Source: Amoebophrya sp. A120 (Eukaryota > Protista > Dinoflagellata). Taken from it: a stretch of DNA of 64,000 nt. The notes beneath the pieces were generated by a model. That model was not told the origin of the DNA and made no database searches. It saw only the letters and a list, made by a program, of their open reading frames with translations. Positions 36,089 to 52,655 of the stretch are shown piece after piece. Where the stretch lies: assembly GCA_905178155.1 (NCBI GenBank), contig CAJINV010000003.1, forward strand, positions 9,183,979 through 9,247,978, read 5' to 3'. Position 1 is the first letter of the stretch; each line of letters begins with the position of its first letter. The translations under genes were made by a program, and so were the position numbers.

Positions 36089-39000
36089 CTAATGCTCGTC
36101 ATACCGCTTGAACAAAACAAGAAACACAATGAACATGCAGGGAATAGTACGAGGTGCTTTGTTGGTATCTACCGTCCTTAATGAGGAGCGGTAGGTAGTG
36201 TGCCCGGCCGGGTCCGGGTTGGTACGTCGCTGTGTAGTACTGCGGTCGTCCGAGGCGTCGGTCTGGTGCTTCTGGCCGGCGCCCTTACTTTGCGGTGCTG
36301 GTGCCTGCATGTCGTACCGCCAAACGCAGCGAAAAACCCGTGAGAAATCGGTCGCCATTAACAACTCAAATTCGCTGCATTGTGTTTGCTATCAAATGTA
36401 GAAATGTCTGGGTCTGGAAGGTTAGAACTTGTCATGCTAAATCTGAATGATGCAAAAATTTGTGTTGCGCGAGTACCAAAAGCTGTCCGCTTTTGACCAA
36501 GTTGAGGGGGAGTTTCTCATGCAGGAAAGGCATGATAGAGACCTCAAAAAATCTGTCATGCTGGGTCTTGCATTCCAGACCTCATGGGTCATGGAAAACC
36601 TGCATCACAAGTCTTGCATTCTTCCAGACCCAGACATTTTTACATTTGATATTTGCACGGGCACCCGCGGAATGCGACGGTCAAGGTTCGCGAAGTCCTC
36701 GCTCGTATCCAGTACCAAAGTGCTATTGCTAGCATACAACAAGAACAATCCGTCTTAACAAGGAAGCTGGTGCGGGCTTCCTGTTCTTTCGCTTCCTTCT
36801 TAGATTTAAATTTATACATACTTGATAATTGATGATAATTATCTCTTGCACGACATATAGGCACGGTAACAAGAAGTGTATGCTAGGAGCGAGGTAACAA
36901 ACCCAAACGAGAACTTCGCGGTTGAGTTCTCATCCGGCCGGCCGGCCGGATGAGAACTCAACCACATCTGTGGCGGATTGAAATCGGCCGGCCGGTCGTC
37001 CGGGTCCCCTTCTTCCCTCCTGGTCGACGGCCTCACTCTTCTTCTTGATTGTCACCCCCCAGCTGCGCAGTTTCACTTCTACGCAAAAAGCCCGAGCTTT
37101 GTCATGCAAAAGCTGCGGCAAGTGCCTAAAGCCAAGAAGCAGAAGCTGCGTTGTTTGCTACTTCTACTGCGAGTCGCCGGAAAAGACGATAAGCCTGGGG
37201 GCCCAGAGGATGGGGGCACAGCCCAACGCGGGCGCGCAGCGCTGGCTGAGTGACCATGCCGGCTGCGGCCGGGCGCCGACGAACCCCACCAGGAAGCAAA
37301 GCAACAGCGTACAACTTGCGCGCGCGGGCCATCCTGCTGCGCCGCCTTCGCGTGTGGGAAACGATAAAGATTGCTAGGGCGCCAGTAGCCCGGCGGAGGC
37401 ACACATAAGCGCGGCCCAGGCCATTTGCATTGTCCCTGCTATCGGGTGGGGGCAGCTTTGGAGCCCGACGCGCCGCAGGATTCGGGCGCCGGCAGAAACA
37501 AAGGGCAGCGCGCGCGGCGCGTCGGAGATTGGTTGCCCGGCGCGCCGAGCGAGGCCCCGCCTCCCATCACGCAAGTCGGTGGACGCGCGAAGCGCGTCCG
37601 ACCCGGATCCGGCGCATCTGCCAACTGTTGCGCCGAAGCAAGCATGAGCCAGCGGAGAGGCGCGCGGACGCGCTTTCTGGGCCGGCGATTGCAACGTATA
37701 GCGGGCGCGCGTTGCGCGCCCCGCGAAATTTTGCCTATTGCGTTTGCGAGCCCCGCGAATGTTTTTGCATTCAATTCTTTCGAATTCCACCCAGAAGCCA
37801 AAAGGCATAGCGCAGTCCAACTATGAAAGCGCGCCCGCGGCGGGCGCGCACAATGCGCCACCTTTAAAATTTTCCAACTTCTGCCCCGCTGCATAGCGTA
37901 GCTTCTCTGTATTCACAGCAGGCGCGCGTAGCGTTTTTGTGTTGCACACGGCCCCCGGCGAAAGTGGAGTGAGGGAAGCGTCGGTCTCCAGCAGGCCGCC
38001 CCCCCCCCCTTTCGCCCGAGCGAATGGCGGGCCAATTGACCAGGACGACCAGCCGGTCGATTTCCGCCGCTGATGTGGTTGAGTTCTCATCCGGCCGGCC
38101 GGCCGGATGAGAACTCAACCGCGAAGTTCTCGTTTGGGTTTGTTACCTCGCTCTAGTTATTGCAAATTTTTCTCTGTGATAGTTGTCCAGCCGAACCCCG
38201 AACAGGCCGCTGGTATACAGGTTGCGCGATTCCGAAGAGCAGCTACGATGATGGCATTCTCAAGCGTTAAATTGATACCAGTTACACGGTTTCTGCTCAT
38301 CTTAGCAGACGCAGAAGTGAGACGCTTCAGCTTGCGCCTCCAATATAACAACTGCAGCACGGATTTCCATGTTGTTAAGCGCGTTGGAAACTTGTCAACA
38401 TGCGAAGTGCTAGCTTGATTGTGAGTGTGACGCAGGTTCTGCATGACTCAATGAATGAAGATGAACAAGAAATCGGCGACTTGTTGTTGCGCGATTCGCG
38501 CTGCAACAGCTATCAATGTAACGCATGAGAGAGCCATAACCAGATGCGTCCGCATCGGACTGGTCCTGTTCATGCTCCGAAAATGGAGTTCTTCCGCCGG
38601 TGTTGCACGCTCCCGAAGGGGGCGGATACTGATCGGCGTAGGCACCGCCTCCCTGCAAATCCGTAGCGAAACCCGTCGCTCGTGCCGCACTTCGTCCCTT
38701 TTTCCGCCACCTCCCGTCCGCTTGCTGGTCCTCGGGGAGCTTAGAAGCGCGCCAGGTGACCTTCTGTCGGGTAGCGGTGCTCGTGCTGTTATTTCCTACT
38801 TTCCTGCCGTCCGGATCGACGCCCGCCCCTGAAGCTGAAAAAAGTATTCCCAAGAAAAATTGCAGTGTGTCACTGTTGCATTTTTCACTGTTCCATTTCT
38901 CACAGCGTAGTTCCAAAAATTCTTCCTCGGGAAGAAACACGATCATGATGAAGACGAACGAGTACAAAGGTGGCCAGCACTTCTCACCCATGCACTACCA

Positions 39001-40218
39001 GGAACTAACACGGACACTGCATGCTCTGGCAGTTTGCTTACCGCCCCTACTAAACTAGGACTTTTATCTATATCACAGTGACCACAGACCGCCTCGTCTT
39101 TGCTTCAATAACGAACGCGCACGGTTTGTTATGATGTAGCTCCTCGGCACTCGTGGACGGTTCGTCCTCTTCCTCGACAACACCCACAAATCCGAGCCAT
39201 ATGCGGGGTAAGAATGTCCCCAAACCTCACCCGATTATGAATGTGCATCTTCCAACATCACGCATAAACTACTGCGCTAGCAGCTCGACGCACGCGTTTT
39301 GCAAATAATCATGAAGGTGAAAAAGAACTCGCTTCTAACGAAATCCGACGGCTGCGAAGAGAAATAATATTTCTACTCTTGCTCTAGTCTACTTCTAATC
39401 CGCATTATAGTGTTCCACCTTCGTAAGGCTTGCTACTCGCCCTTTCACCCTATGCATGAACCTGCCATCATCACAGCACCCTCATTTGTTCGTAGAACTT
39501 GAACATCTGGATTTGTACAGCACAGCTGATCTTGGGGATGTTTGGGTGGGGATGGTCTTCGAGATGATAACCCGGAAGTTCTCTTTTTCCGGAGACGAGA
39601 CACGGCTACTGGAAGGATGGACCTTGTGCGGAGAAGATGCGGCGCCGATCGATATTGGCGAGCCAGCTGGTATCACAGAGAAAGACACATCCATGCCATG
39701 TAGTTCTTCGAGCCATATAATTAGGCGTCCACGTTTTTTGGCTGTCCGTGCTTGCGCCACGGTCCATCCATCTCTAGTTGTCGTATTTTCGGTGGAAAAA
39801 ATGGAATTGCGGTAGCCATTATCACGAATTTGAATTTCGGCGTCAGTAAAAATTAGATAATAGCGATAGCTAGCAAACAAGGGACGCGCACGGTTGCACT
39901 TTTCTGTGTGATAGCTGGTGGCGCCTTTCTGTCGAAAGGAGAAATGTCGCTGGTTCGGACCCGACTTGAGGTCATTTTCATGTCCGCACCGCCGCTGCTG
40001 GGATGAAGGTGCGACTTGGATTTGCCGGTGTGAAGATGCCGCTCTTTGATGTCTTTTTGTGGCGACGACCCGTCCCGCACACTAGTGACCCCTCCCGGCG
40101 CATCTTCCAAGACTGCAAAGGCCTCCAGGTGCCCCACCGTATCCGTCGACGCAGTCTTCTGCAGCTGGCTCGGGCCCAACACGCGCCTCTGCTGGAACTC
40201 CGAATGCGTGCAGCCCAT
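36089..40218 (-). CDS. Probable N-terminal exons of the kinase gene (MGCTHS start)
   Basis: Several ORF blocks on the minus strand; ATG at 40218 gives MGCTHS, an acylation-type N-terminus; exon chain not fully resolved. Confidence 0.4.
36390..36651. mobile_element. Introner family A copy 3 (262 bp), TSD TTTGC
   Basis: Family A TIRs; removal gives open frame RIPRVPVQ-TQCSEFELL. Confidence 0.93.
36887..38153. mobile_element. Non-autonomous TIR transposon/MITE (1267 bp), about 120-bp TIRs, 3-bp TSD TAG
   Basis: gagcgaggtaacaaacccaaacgagaacttcgc... at left and its exact reverse complement at right; TAG at 36884-36886 and 38154-38156; GC-rich interior with no credible ORF. Confidence 0.9.
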
Positions 40219-41719
40219 CGTCTGTGTCAAGACAGAGATAGTCACCGAAAGATTGCAGCGCGGCACTTGCTGAAGGCACAGACCAGCAATGACTAGATCA
40301 ACAAAACTGGTAGCACCCTAAGAAGGCCTCGAGTCCACCATCCTTGGAGAGATCCGGCCTCGGCGTGCATCCATTTTTTTATGATTACCATGTCATATTA
40401 CGCCAAACCGCTTCTTGTCGCCTTACTCCGTTCTTTCATCCCCGTCGCTGATATTTCGGTGATTCCACGTCCGTCCCCCGTTCAGCAAAACTACAAGAGA
40501 GACGCGATCGAACACACGCGGAGACCTGATGACGATTGAGTAGGCAAACAGACACTGCGTCCACCTTGTTGACCCAAAATGAGGCTGGGAGGGCCCGAAA
40601 ATTGGAAACTGAAGCACTAGAAAAGCAAACTCTATTAAGTGGACATGAGCACGCATAGTCAACGAAAAAATCAAAAACAAAAATAATTGATATATGAAAG
40701 ACCAAGTAGATGGCGGGGACAAAGAAAATGGAAAAGCTCAAACTCAATGCGGTCCTGGTGCAATGATTCATTTTGAAACTCAATTTTTGAACGTCTAGAG
40801 GAGTCAAACGCAAAGTGCCTTTAGCTCTTTTGACTCGTAAAGTTTGTCCTCGCTCAGAGCAATGCAGGGCTGGCAAGGTTTGAGTTCCTCGTTATCAGCA
40901 ATCGTGAGTAGAGACGACCGACAACATTGCCACAACTCTGTAGATGCAGAACAACGGCACTACGCATCAACGACGGGAAATGCGGGACTTTCTGATTCCT
41001 GATGTGCTGGGTCTCCGTTCCAGTTCGACACTATGTATTGCACAGCACCTGCGCTTTTTGCTTTCACCTTCGATGGCTGTGACTCTTTTATACCTATACG
41101 ACGCATGCAAAGGCTTGCCGAGCTCTTCTCGAAGAAAATTTCTCTCGTAATATCAGATATGTAATAGTTGAGCAAGCAGGTGCAGAGCCTGCACCTGGAT
41201 TTTCATCTTGTCCGCCTCGACCTCGATGCAGCGTTTCTATTTTACGATGTCCACCCAGACGAATTTCTCTTCTGGTTTTGCGGTGCCAGACGGATGGGGC
41301 AGCTGTCAAATGCAAAAGCCTCGCATTTGTAACAAGGTAGAACAAGGTATACAGAGATTAGACTGCAGGAAGTGGAAGCTGCTTCAATCATACAAGTTGT
41401 AATTCATTTTCATAATCGTGCACGCAACCATTTATCGGCAGACATAGCCTCTTTTTCTTCAGGCTTAGGTGGAAACTTCGCTACATAGCCAGCTGGGCAT
41501 ATGAAGCCCGGGCCTCTGCTTCCTCAGCAAGCTTGCTGGTGAGGTAAGTACCTTCCCAAGCAAAGCAGCCCGTTGGGAAATGCAAATATCCCTGCAGCAA
41601 TAATCCTGCGCACAATTCCCCAGAGGTTTTGAGTACCTGGGTCGGGACCAGCAGAAGCAGGGGTTTTGAGATTATTAACTTATGAGTTCGTTGGGTAACA
41701 GCTGCGAAACTTTTGTGAT

Positions 41720-44700
41720 TCATAGCACAAGGTCGGCAACAATCTCCGCGACAAGATTTTGCTTGAGCAAGTATTCTGTGACGTCGAGCCGAAGCTCCGG
41801 GTTCCATATTATAAAGTGGCCTCGGCCAACGCGCTGTGGCGAAGTGAATCCCACAACCGGACGCGTGATATACCTGTAGTATCGGAAAAGTGGTGATCTA
41901 CTTCGGCTTTCTAGGAAGGCGCAACTCTGTCTCTGCTCATTGCAATCAAAATCCATAGTTCCTATGGCGATCTAGTACATCCGACCAGGCAGCCAGATAA
42001 AGGCGGCCAACCGGTCAGCGGCCGGCCCATTATGCACCGAAAAACAAAGACCCTCCATGAAGAGTCTCACCCTTCTGCACTTCACTTACTGACATAGTGT
42101 ATGGTGAACAATAAACTTCAACGAAATCATGAAGGCAGAGGGAGCTAGCAGCGCACACGGCGTCCTTTAGCAAGCTTATCTTCCTCATCAAGATGAGAAA
42201 CTTTTCGGTGACCTCACTATCGCATATCGGTGACCTCACTACATAAAAAAGTACTCCGTGACTTGAACGTCAAAAGCCCATTGGTGCAGCCCGACTCGAA
42301 ACTCTCCTGGAACTCCCTCGTTCTGGGCATGCCGCAGAAGCACCATCCCCTTTGGGCGCGTGATGTGCAGCATTTCCAAGATGCCAATCAGCGGGTCAAA
42401 AGTGTGATCTAGTGCATTCCTCATGTGCGTCACATATGGCGTTGTCAGAATAGATCAAAAGGCTTCGCTCGTACTTAATTTTTTCGCGCTCCTTCCCAAC
42501 TGCACCGGGCTTGCAGAAACGCGCCATAGCGCGCAATGGCGCCAACACTCGACAATTCGCGCCTTGCTTCGTCGAAATAATTTGGCCTCTGCGCAACGTG
42601 TCGTGCTGCTACTGTGCATGACAATGCTGCGGCGCAACATAGTACCTGCCAAGATCGTACTAGAATGCCTTGCGTGCCGGGTAGTTTGGACGGGCCCGCA
42701 CAAAGAACTTTCCCGCCCCGGTGGGCGCGCCCGCGCGGAAAATTCATGAAACTATGTATACGAAAATTTACGGTGCCTGAACCCTTTGACCTACATGGAC
42801 GACCCCATATAATGTCGAAGTAGTTTACGGGGAAGCAGTTGGACAGCTGCTCGACGTGACACTGCACCGGCAAGTTGGTGGGAGGCGTCATGTCGAATCC
42901 ATCATAGAGCTGCAGGTAGTACTTCCCCAGCCCGTCCGCCGACGTTATCGGTATTTTTAAACTGACCCTATTGACGTGTGCATGGCGTGACCCGTCGTGA
43001 CTTTTAATCGAGTGTGCACTTGCCTCGTGATCCCCAGCACTATCCTCTTTCGTAGTGTTCGTGCCAGCGCGAGTCGTGTCCGTTGCATTGTTTTTTTGCT
43101 GCAGTGCGACTGACGGACCCTCGAGAATAACCTGGTCGCCATCTCCGGCATGGGGCTGATCACCCGCGTCCGCATCACCCGACATGGACGCCCAGAGGCT
43201 ACTCATCCAGGAGGAGCCCCCGGACCCGCTGCGGTCCAGGTCGCGAGAGGGGGCGCTCAGATCGTCGGCAAAGGGATCATAATCATTTCCGTCGGTAGCT
43301 AGTACCAGATCTGAATCCCTGCGACAGCTCCTCTCTTTCCCGCCGCCGCCGAACCCCTCCTCCACGCCGCCCGAGCAGAGCGGTAGGTCCCGGTCCTCTT
43401 CCGGGCTACTGAAGAATCGCAGCGCGCTCGTCTTCGAAATTTTGGTAAGATCCCCTGGAAAGCGCAGATTATCGCACTGCAGCTCTTTCGGCGTAAAGGG
43501 GCCACTGCCCGTGTTTAGGATATGCAGGCTGGTCCTGTTCCCGCGGCTTCCGGCGAGGTCCACGTACACACACATATCGTCGTACGCCCACGGTGCCTAT
43601 CAAACAGAAAAAAACCAACCCTTAGTACTACTCCAGCACCTCCTTAGATAGAAAACTTACTATGTCACTGCAGGAACGTGCAAGAAAATGCATACACTTC
43701 TGACTCAAAATGTATGCTTATTGCGCACCATTGGGCGGCATTTGCTTTTACTTTCATAACGCTGCGCCAGTCTTGAGCCACTCGCGCAGACGGGCCCGGC
43801 TGTCAGTCCGGGTGTTTATTTCCGGGTCCGGGTTCAATCGGCCAAACCAAAACCCCACCTCACTGTCTATCGCCCGGGTCCACCGAATTCGAAACTTCTC
43901 CAATGCCCACTCGTGCCTCAGCTGTGTCACGGCCGCGTCCCCCATCTTCTTCGCGTCCTTCAAAGAATATACGCCGGGCGCCACATCCACGGCGCGCAAG
44001 CCGTTTTCTCGCTCCGATGTCGAAGGACGATCCGTCTCTTGTTCAACATCGTGACGACCCCCTACCGCTCCCACGACCCCACTGTTAGGACCCCCTCCCG
44101 CAGCGGAGGTGTCCTCGTCGCCCTCGCTGTCAGCGTCTTCGAAGTTGCGGTGCAGTTTTTTCTTTCTGTTTCCCGAGAGCAGCGAGGCGGGTCGCCAAGT
44201 CCAGCGGTAGCGATCCTCCAGGAAAGATGCGTAGTTTTCCCGCACTTCGGTGAGCGTGAACGGCCACTCGCTATCGTCCAGACAGTGTAGGCAAAATTCC
44301 GTTGTGCGGATCACGAACAGCATTAGATTTGCGAGCTCCTCCTTTTTCTCTTGCGGGAGAGAGGGATAACGATCGGCCCCGCCGACGAGGTCGAATGACC
44401 TCTTTTTTGGTCGTCCGGAAAAGTTTGGAAGCCCAAATGGCAGCGACGTTTCTTCCTCGAGCTTCTTGTCTGTTTTTTCGTCGGCTGAAGATGCTATTTA
44501 ATCATATCTAAATACGTCTGGGTCTGGAAGATGATCGAGTTGTGATGCAGTTTTTATATGAATCTTGAGGGGAATAGCAGGGTCGTGCCTTTCGTTACGT
44601 AACAGATTTTTCGAAGATGGCCTGTGCTCATTCTCTTCCTCCATGCGTATCCTGCATGAGAAATTTCCCCTGCGTATGACGAAAACTGCGCAGCTTCCGC

Positions 44701-45323
44701 TGCTCGTGCAAATTTTGATTTTGATAGTGACGCATCACGAAAATGCACTCTTTCAGAGTCAGACTCAGACATATTCGCAATGCATATTTCTCTTGTTGCG
44801 CCGATTCCTGTGCGTGAGGACACCGGTCTGTGTCTGCAAGGTAGTGCGTTTTGTAAAGCTCGGAGTCGGGGACGTCTTGAAAAAGGGAAGCATCTGCTAA
44901 TTCTGTGTGCTCATTCACACACCGCTGTTTCAGGTGACACCTTCGATGTGGTAAGCGTAAGTTAATAGATACATGCCTTCCAAGTAACTACAAGACAACC
45001 TTCAGCGCAAGCAAGAACAAGTGTATTTGTATTACTGTGAGGCAAGAGGAACATAGGGAAAAGTATATCCTACCACTGCACAATTACCCGTATGGCCCGT
45101 GAGCGACCGACTTGCAGTCCGGGTTCTCTTCGCAGAGTTGGCGGCAGGTCCGGTAATCCATTGGCTGGAGAACATCGTCCACGCTCGGGCCTTCGTCTTT
45201 AACTACTCGCGGCATCTCAGCCCATCGCTCGACCTCGGGTTCCGCACGGCCCGCAAGGGCGGTGGAGCGCGCGCACGTCACCAACATCGACAATAGCCCA
45301 GCGCTGCAGTCTGTGTTCAACAC
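41720..45323 (-). CDS. PAN/apple-like domain plus class I SAM methyltransferase-like protein, multi-exon; ends uncertain
   Basis: CRQLCEENPDCKSVAHGPYG (PAN-like); ILNTGSGP (motif I-like); FPVNYFD..THMRNALDHTFDPLIGILEMLHITRPKG (Methyltransf_11-like). Confidence 0.55.
42435..42809. mobile_element. Degenerate TIR introner (375 bp), TSD eroded
   Basis: tatggcgttgtcagaatagatcaaaagg / ccctttgacctacatggacgaccccata; removing element plus 5 bp joins NYFD to THMRNALDH in frame. Confidence 0.7.
44495..44783. mobile_element. Degenerate family-A-related TIR intron
   Basis: gtctgggtctggaag near 44517 and cagactcagacatattcgcaatgc near 44760-44783; joins QQEKYA to SSADEKTDKK; exact ends uncertain. Confidence 0.6.
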
Positions 45324-45999
45324 AAAGGAGTCAGTGTCATCGTAATCCTATCAACAGCTGCAAATATGTGTATGTCTGAGCCTGGATCTACAAATGATAA
45401 TAATCGCTGACGGTGTGTCAGTTTTTCTTTATTCCTATCGTGTCGCTCTATATATGAAACAAACGCAACCCGCCCAGACGCCATGTTTTTCGCGCCCCCC
45501 ACCCTTCCGCAGACGCCCGGCCCATAATGTTACGGGGTCAGACGGACAGAATCTGGAAAACTTTCGGCCAGCATTGGTCTGGCCCTGATTTTTTATCATT
45601 AAGTTGTATCCATCGTGACCACCTTTGTTTTCGCGGACGCTTATTCCTATTCCTATTTCGCATTATAGTGGCTCCGCCACGAGAGAAGCGCGGGAGGAGC
45701 AGAACTCCGTGCGCCTTTTTTAGAATCAATTGAGATTCTACAAGAAGCGCTCCAGGCAAGGTGATGGAACGAATTTTGATCGGTCGAAGCTAGAAGGGAA
45801 GCCCCAACGCGCATAGCTTCTAGTTGCGCAAGAGCAAATTGTTAGATGTGATATCATGCGGAAGCGTATCGCAAACTACAAATCTTCCAGCCGCAGACAC
45901 ACTGGTTTGGAGTGCGTAGAGAGACCATTTTGAATATGTAAGGATAGGCCTTGGCGCAGACGCCGTGCACCCAATGGGGATTTGCTTCTTCGTGCTCCA

Positions 46000-46260
46000 T
46001 ATCAAATGTAAAAATGTCTGGGTCTGGAAAAAAGCAACTTGTCATGCTGCATTTGGATTCCAGAAAAATCTGTATCGCATAAGTACCAAAAGGAGTGCAG
46101 TTTTTGCTACGCGGAGAGGGCAATTGTCATGCGGAATAGGCATCAAGAAGCTCTGAAAAATCTGTGATGCTAGGGCATGCATCACAGACATCAGGGCTCA
46201 TGCAAAACGTGCATAGAAAGTGTCAGAATGTTCCAGACCCAGACACTTTTGCATTTGATA
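46000..46260. mobile_element. Introner family A copy 4 (261 bp), TSD CTCCA
   Basis: Family A TIRs and interior similar to copy 1; host gene not identified. Confidence 0.93.
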
Positions 46261-48743
46261 CTCCATGTCATCACAATGAAAAGCGCCCCAGCCACGAAAT
46301 CAAAATTACGTCGAGACCGCCATTGAATGACAAAATAACGGCCCGAAACACCTATTTGAATTGCCACTTATCTGCTACGTGTAAAAGTACATTTAAAGTT
46401 TCTATTGAGTACGAATATCGTTCATCGCATACTTCTAAACGGAAGATTTGCATTTTCTCGCTCAGGTTATCTTTATTCCTGGCGTGGAAGGCTTTTCAGT
46501 GTGATACACGCCGGCCTTGATTTGCAGCAACATGGTATTCCAAAACGTGCGCGTTTCTTTATGAGAGCGTCAGACACTTATTTGCAAAAAAACTTGACCA
46601 ACTTCCTGAATGCAATTCTAAATGGCAGCGCAAAGCTTGCCATTGAATTGCGCAAGCAGGGGTATGCGTAGGGGTTCAGGCTGCAACTACCCTTTGGCGT
46701 GCGTGGAAGCCTCGGCTTCTGTGCCGATCGCTGTTCTGTGTGGTCGTCTCCTTTCGCAGGGTACTAGGTAGTTGAGAATCGCGACAAAAAGGTCACGCAT
46801 TTTCCACAACTGCTTGGAGAGACCTCTTTTGCAGGGGGCTGCAAGTAGATGCCAGTTGCGAAAAGAAACTCTGTCCGCAAGTTTTCATTGCAAAAGGTAT
46901 AATTGGGCTGACGGTCCAGTATAGCTATAGCCGAAATCAGCACGGTCGAGCTGGCTTTACCCTGGACGCTTCGGGTTTTGCGTAACTGGGAAAGTTGCAG
47001 TTTTTTTGCGATGTAGTATCTGACGCCCTCATATCCTTCATGCGTATTATATTGCACAAATCTCCCAGCCCCTCTTACTTTATTCAGTGTTCGAAGAACA
47101 TCGTGAGCACAAACAGGACGATCAGTGCCAGGAATCTAGTTAAGCTTAGTGTTAGCCTCCGCAAGACAACATCCAGCTCACCAACATGTCACTGCTTTTT
47201 ATTGCTTATTTGACTAGTACTCTTCGCCAGCTCCATCCGTGATTTGTCACGAACGCCACGCAGTATTGAAACGCAACGACGGAAGGAGTGCGTGATGGTA
47301 CTTTATTTCGGTCATCCCAGACCATGAGGGGCCGGGGGATTCGTGCACGCTGCATACCGCGAGTCGCACCAGCAGTCCGTAGCGGACCGGGACCCATCAT
47401 GCTTGGTTTCCGTGGCCCACGCCTGATCATATTTAGCTGGGTCCTTCCTTGTATATGGCGATGCAGCAACGCGAAGCTTCCAACAGCTCCCGAAGACGAG
47501 AACCAGATAAGGCGTTCTCCAGAACAGGGAACGCGCAAGATCAAGTGCTAACATGATCCTATGGCTGCTAGCATCTATCAACACTGCAACCAGACTCTTC
47601 GCTAGGACCTTAAGTCTTAATGCTTCGCGCAATTGAGGAAATAGATGACATCGATTCTCTTCGCGACACGTAGGACGAAAAACATGCAGTGATATGCTGC
47701 TGTCTTATACGTTGCACCTCGATAGGGGTCAAGAAGTATTTTCCTAGGTACGGAGGACCTACGACCAACCCGGCCGGGTGAACCTTAGGCCCTCTGATCC
47801 AAAAGTTAATCTGTGATACTACAGCAAACCGTCCTAGTTTCGTCCAACCGGAGAAAAGTCTTTTTTAGTTCTGTTTGCGATTTTCTTAAAATTTCTTTAA
47901 CACTCATTTACTCGAGGAATATTACGAATAGAGGACACAGAGACAGATCTCACTACTACTAGCTGTAGCTGCTACCATGCGTGTGCACGTCCATGGCGAT
48001 GGCTCCAACAAAATCAAAAAATAGAAGACGAGCGATGGCAATCGGCAATGATCTCCGTCTCCGTGCCTCAACAAAATCAAACGGCAAGGGCACGGGCACG
48101 GCCGACGCGTAATATTACAACGAATTACGTCAAAGAAAGTGGACCAGGCACAGACTTTGAGAGCGTCTATCTTCACTGGAAACCGAATTTAGTGCAGAAA
48201 GCCAGCACTTTGGTCCTCCATACGATCTTTGTTCTGTTGTGGGTTGAGCAAGCCACGCGTGTGGGCAAGTCCAGACACGGAACGAGAAAGAAACAAATCT
48301 TCCACTCCGAGCAAAATCAATCAAAAAGCTCCCGAAAAAAACGTGCGTCTTTGATCGTCCCTTGTGAGGTCAGCCCAAAAATTTCGTGGGCGTTGTCGAT
48401 TTCCTGCTAGCTATTGATATGCGAACACGATTAGGGTCGCCGTCGTTCGACGTTTGGATGACGCAGTCGCTATTTCCCCCAACGGTGCTCCTGGGCGGGA
48501 CCCCCTATCTCGCACGACATTTTTCCGCCCCTGCGCAAAGTGTCACTTTTAAAGTTATCAATATTCTCTTGTTAATGTCATACACGTACAGGTTCATCAT
48601 GGTCGCTGTCACAGGCTGGTTTGAATTCGCAATCAAGTCGCTCATCTACTGCCAAGAAACTTCAACATAGTGTGCTCTTTCCGGCGTCTTGTTCTCTCGT
48701 TCCAAACAGAACATCAAACGCCATTCCTGCAGGTCGCTACTTT

Positions 48744-52655
<3,912 letters not shown>

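Noticed and set aside
36930-38118. Arg/Ala-rich ORFs in the MITE as a transposase
   Set aside because: Short GC-driven ORFs with no DDE or HTH motifs; no autonomous element was seen in the window
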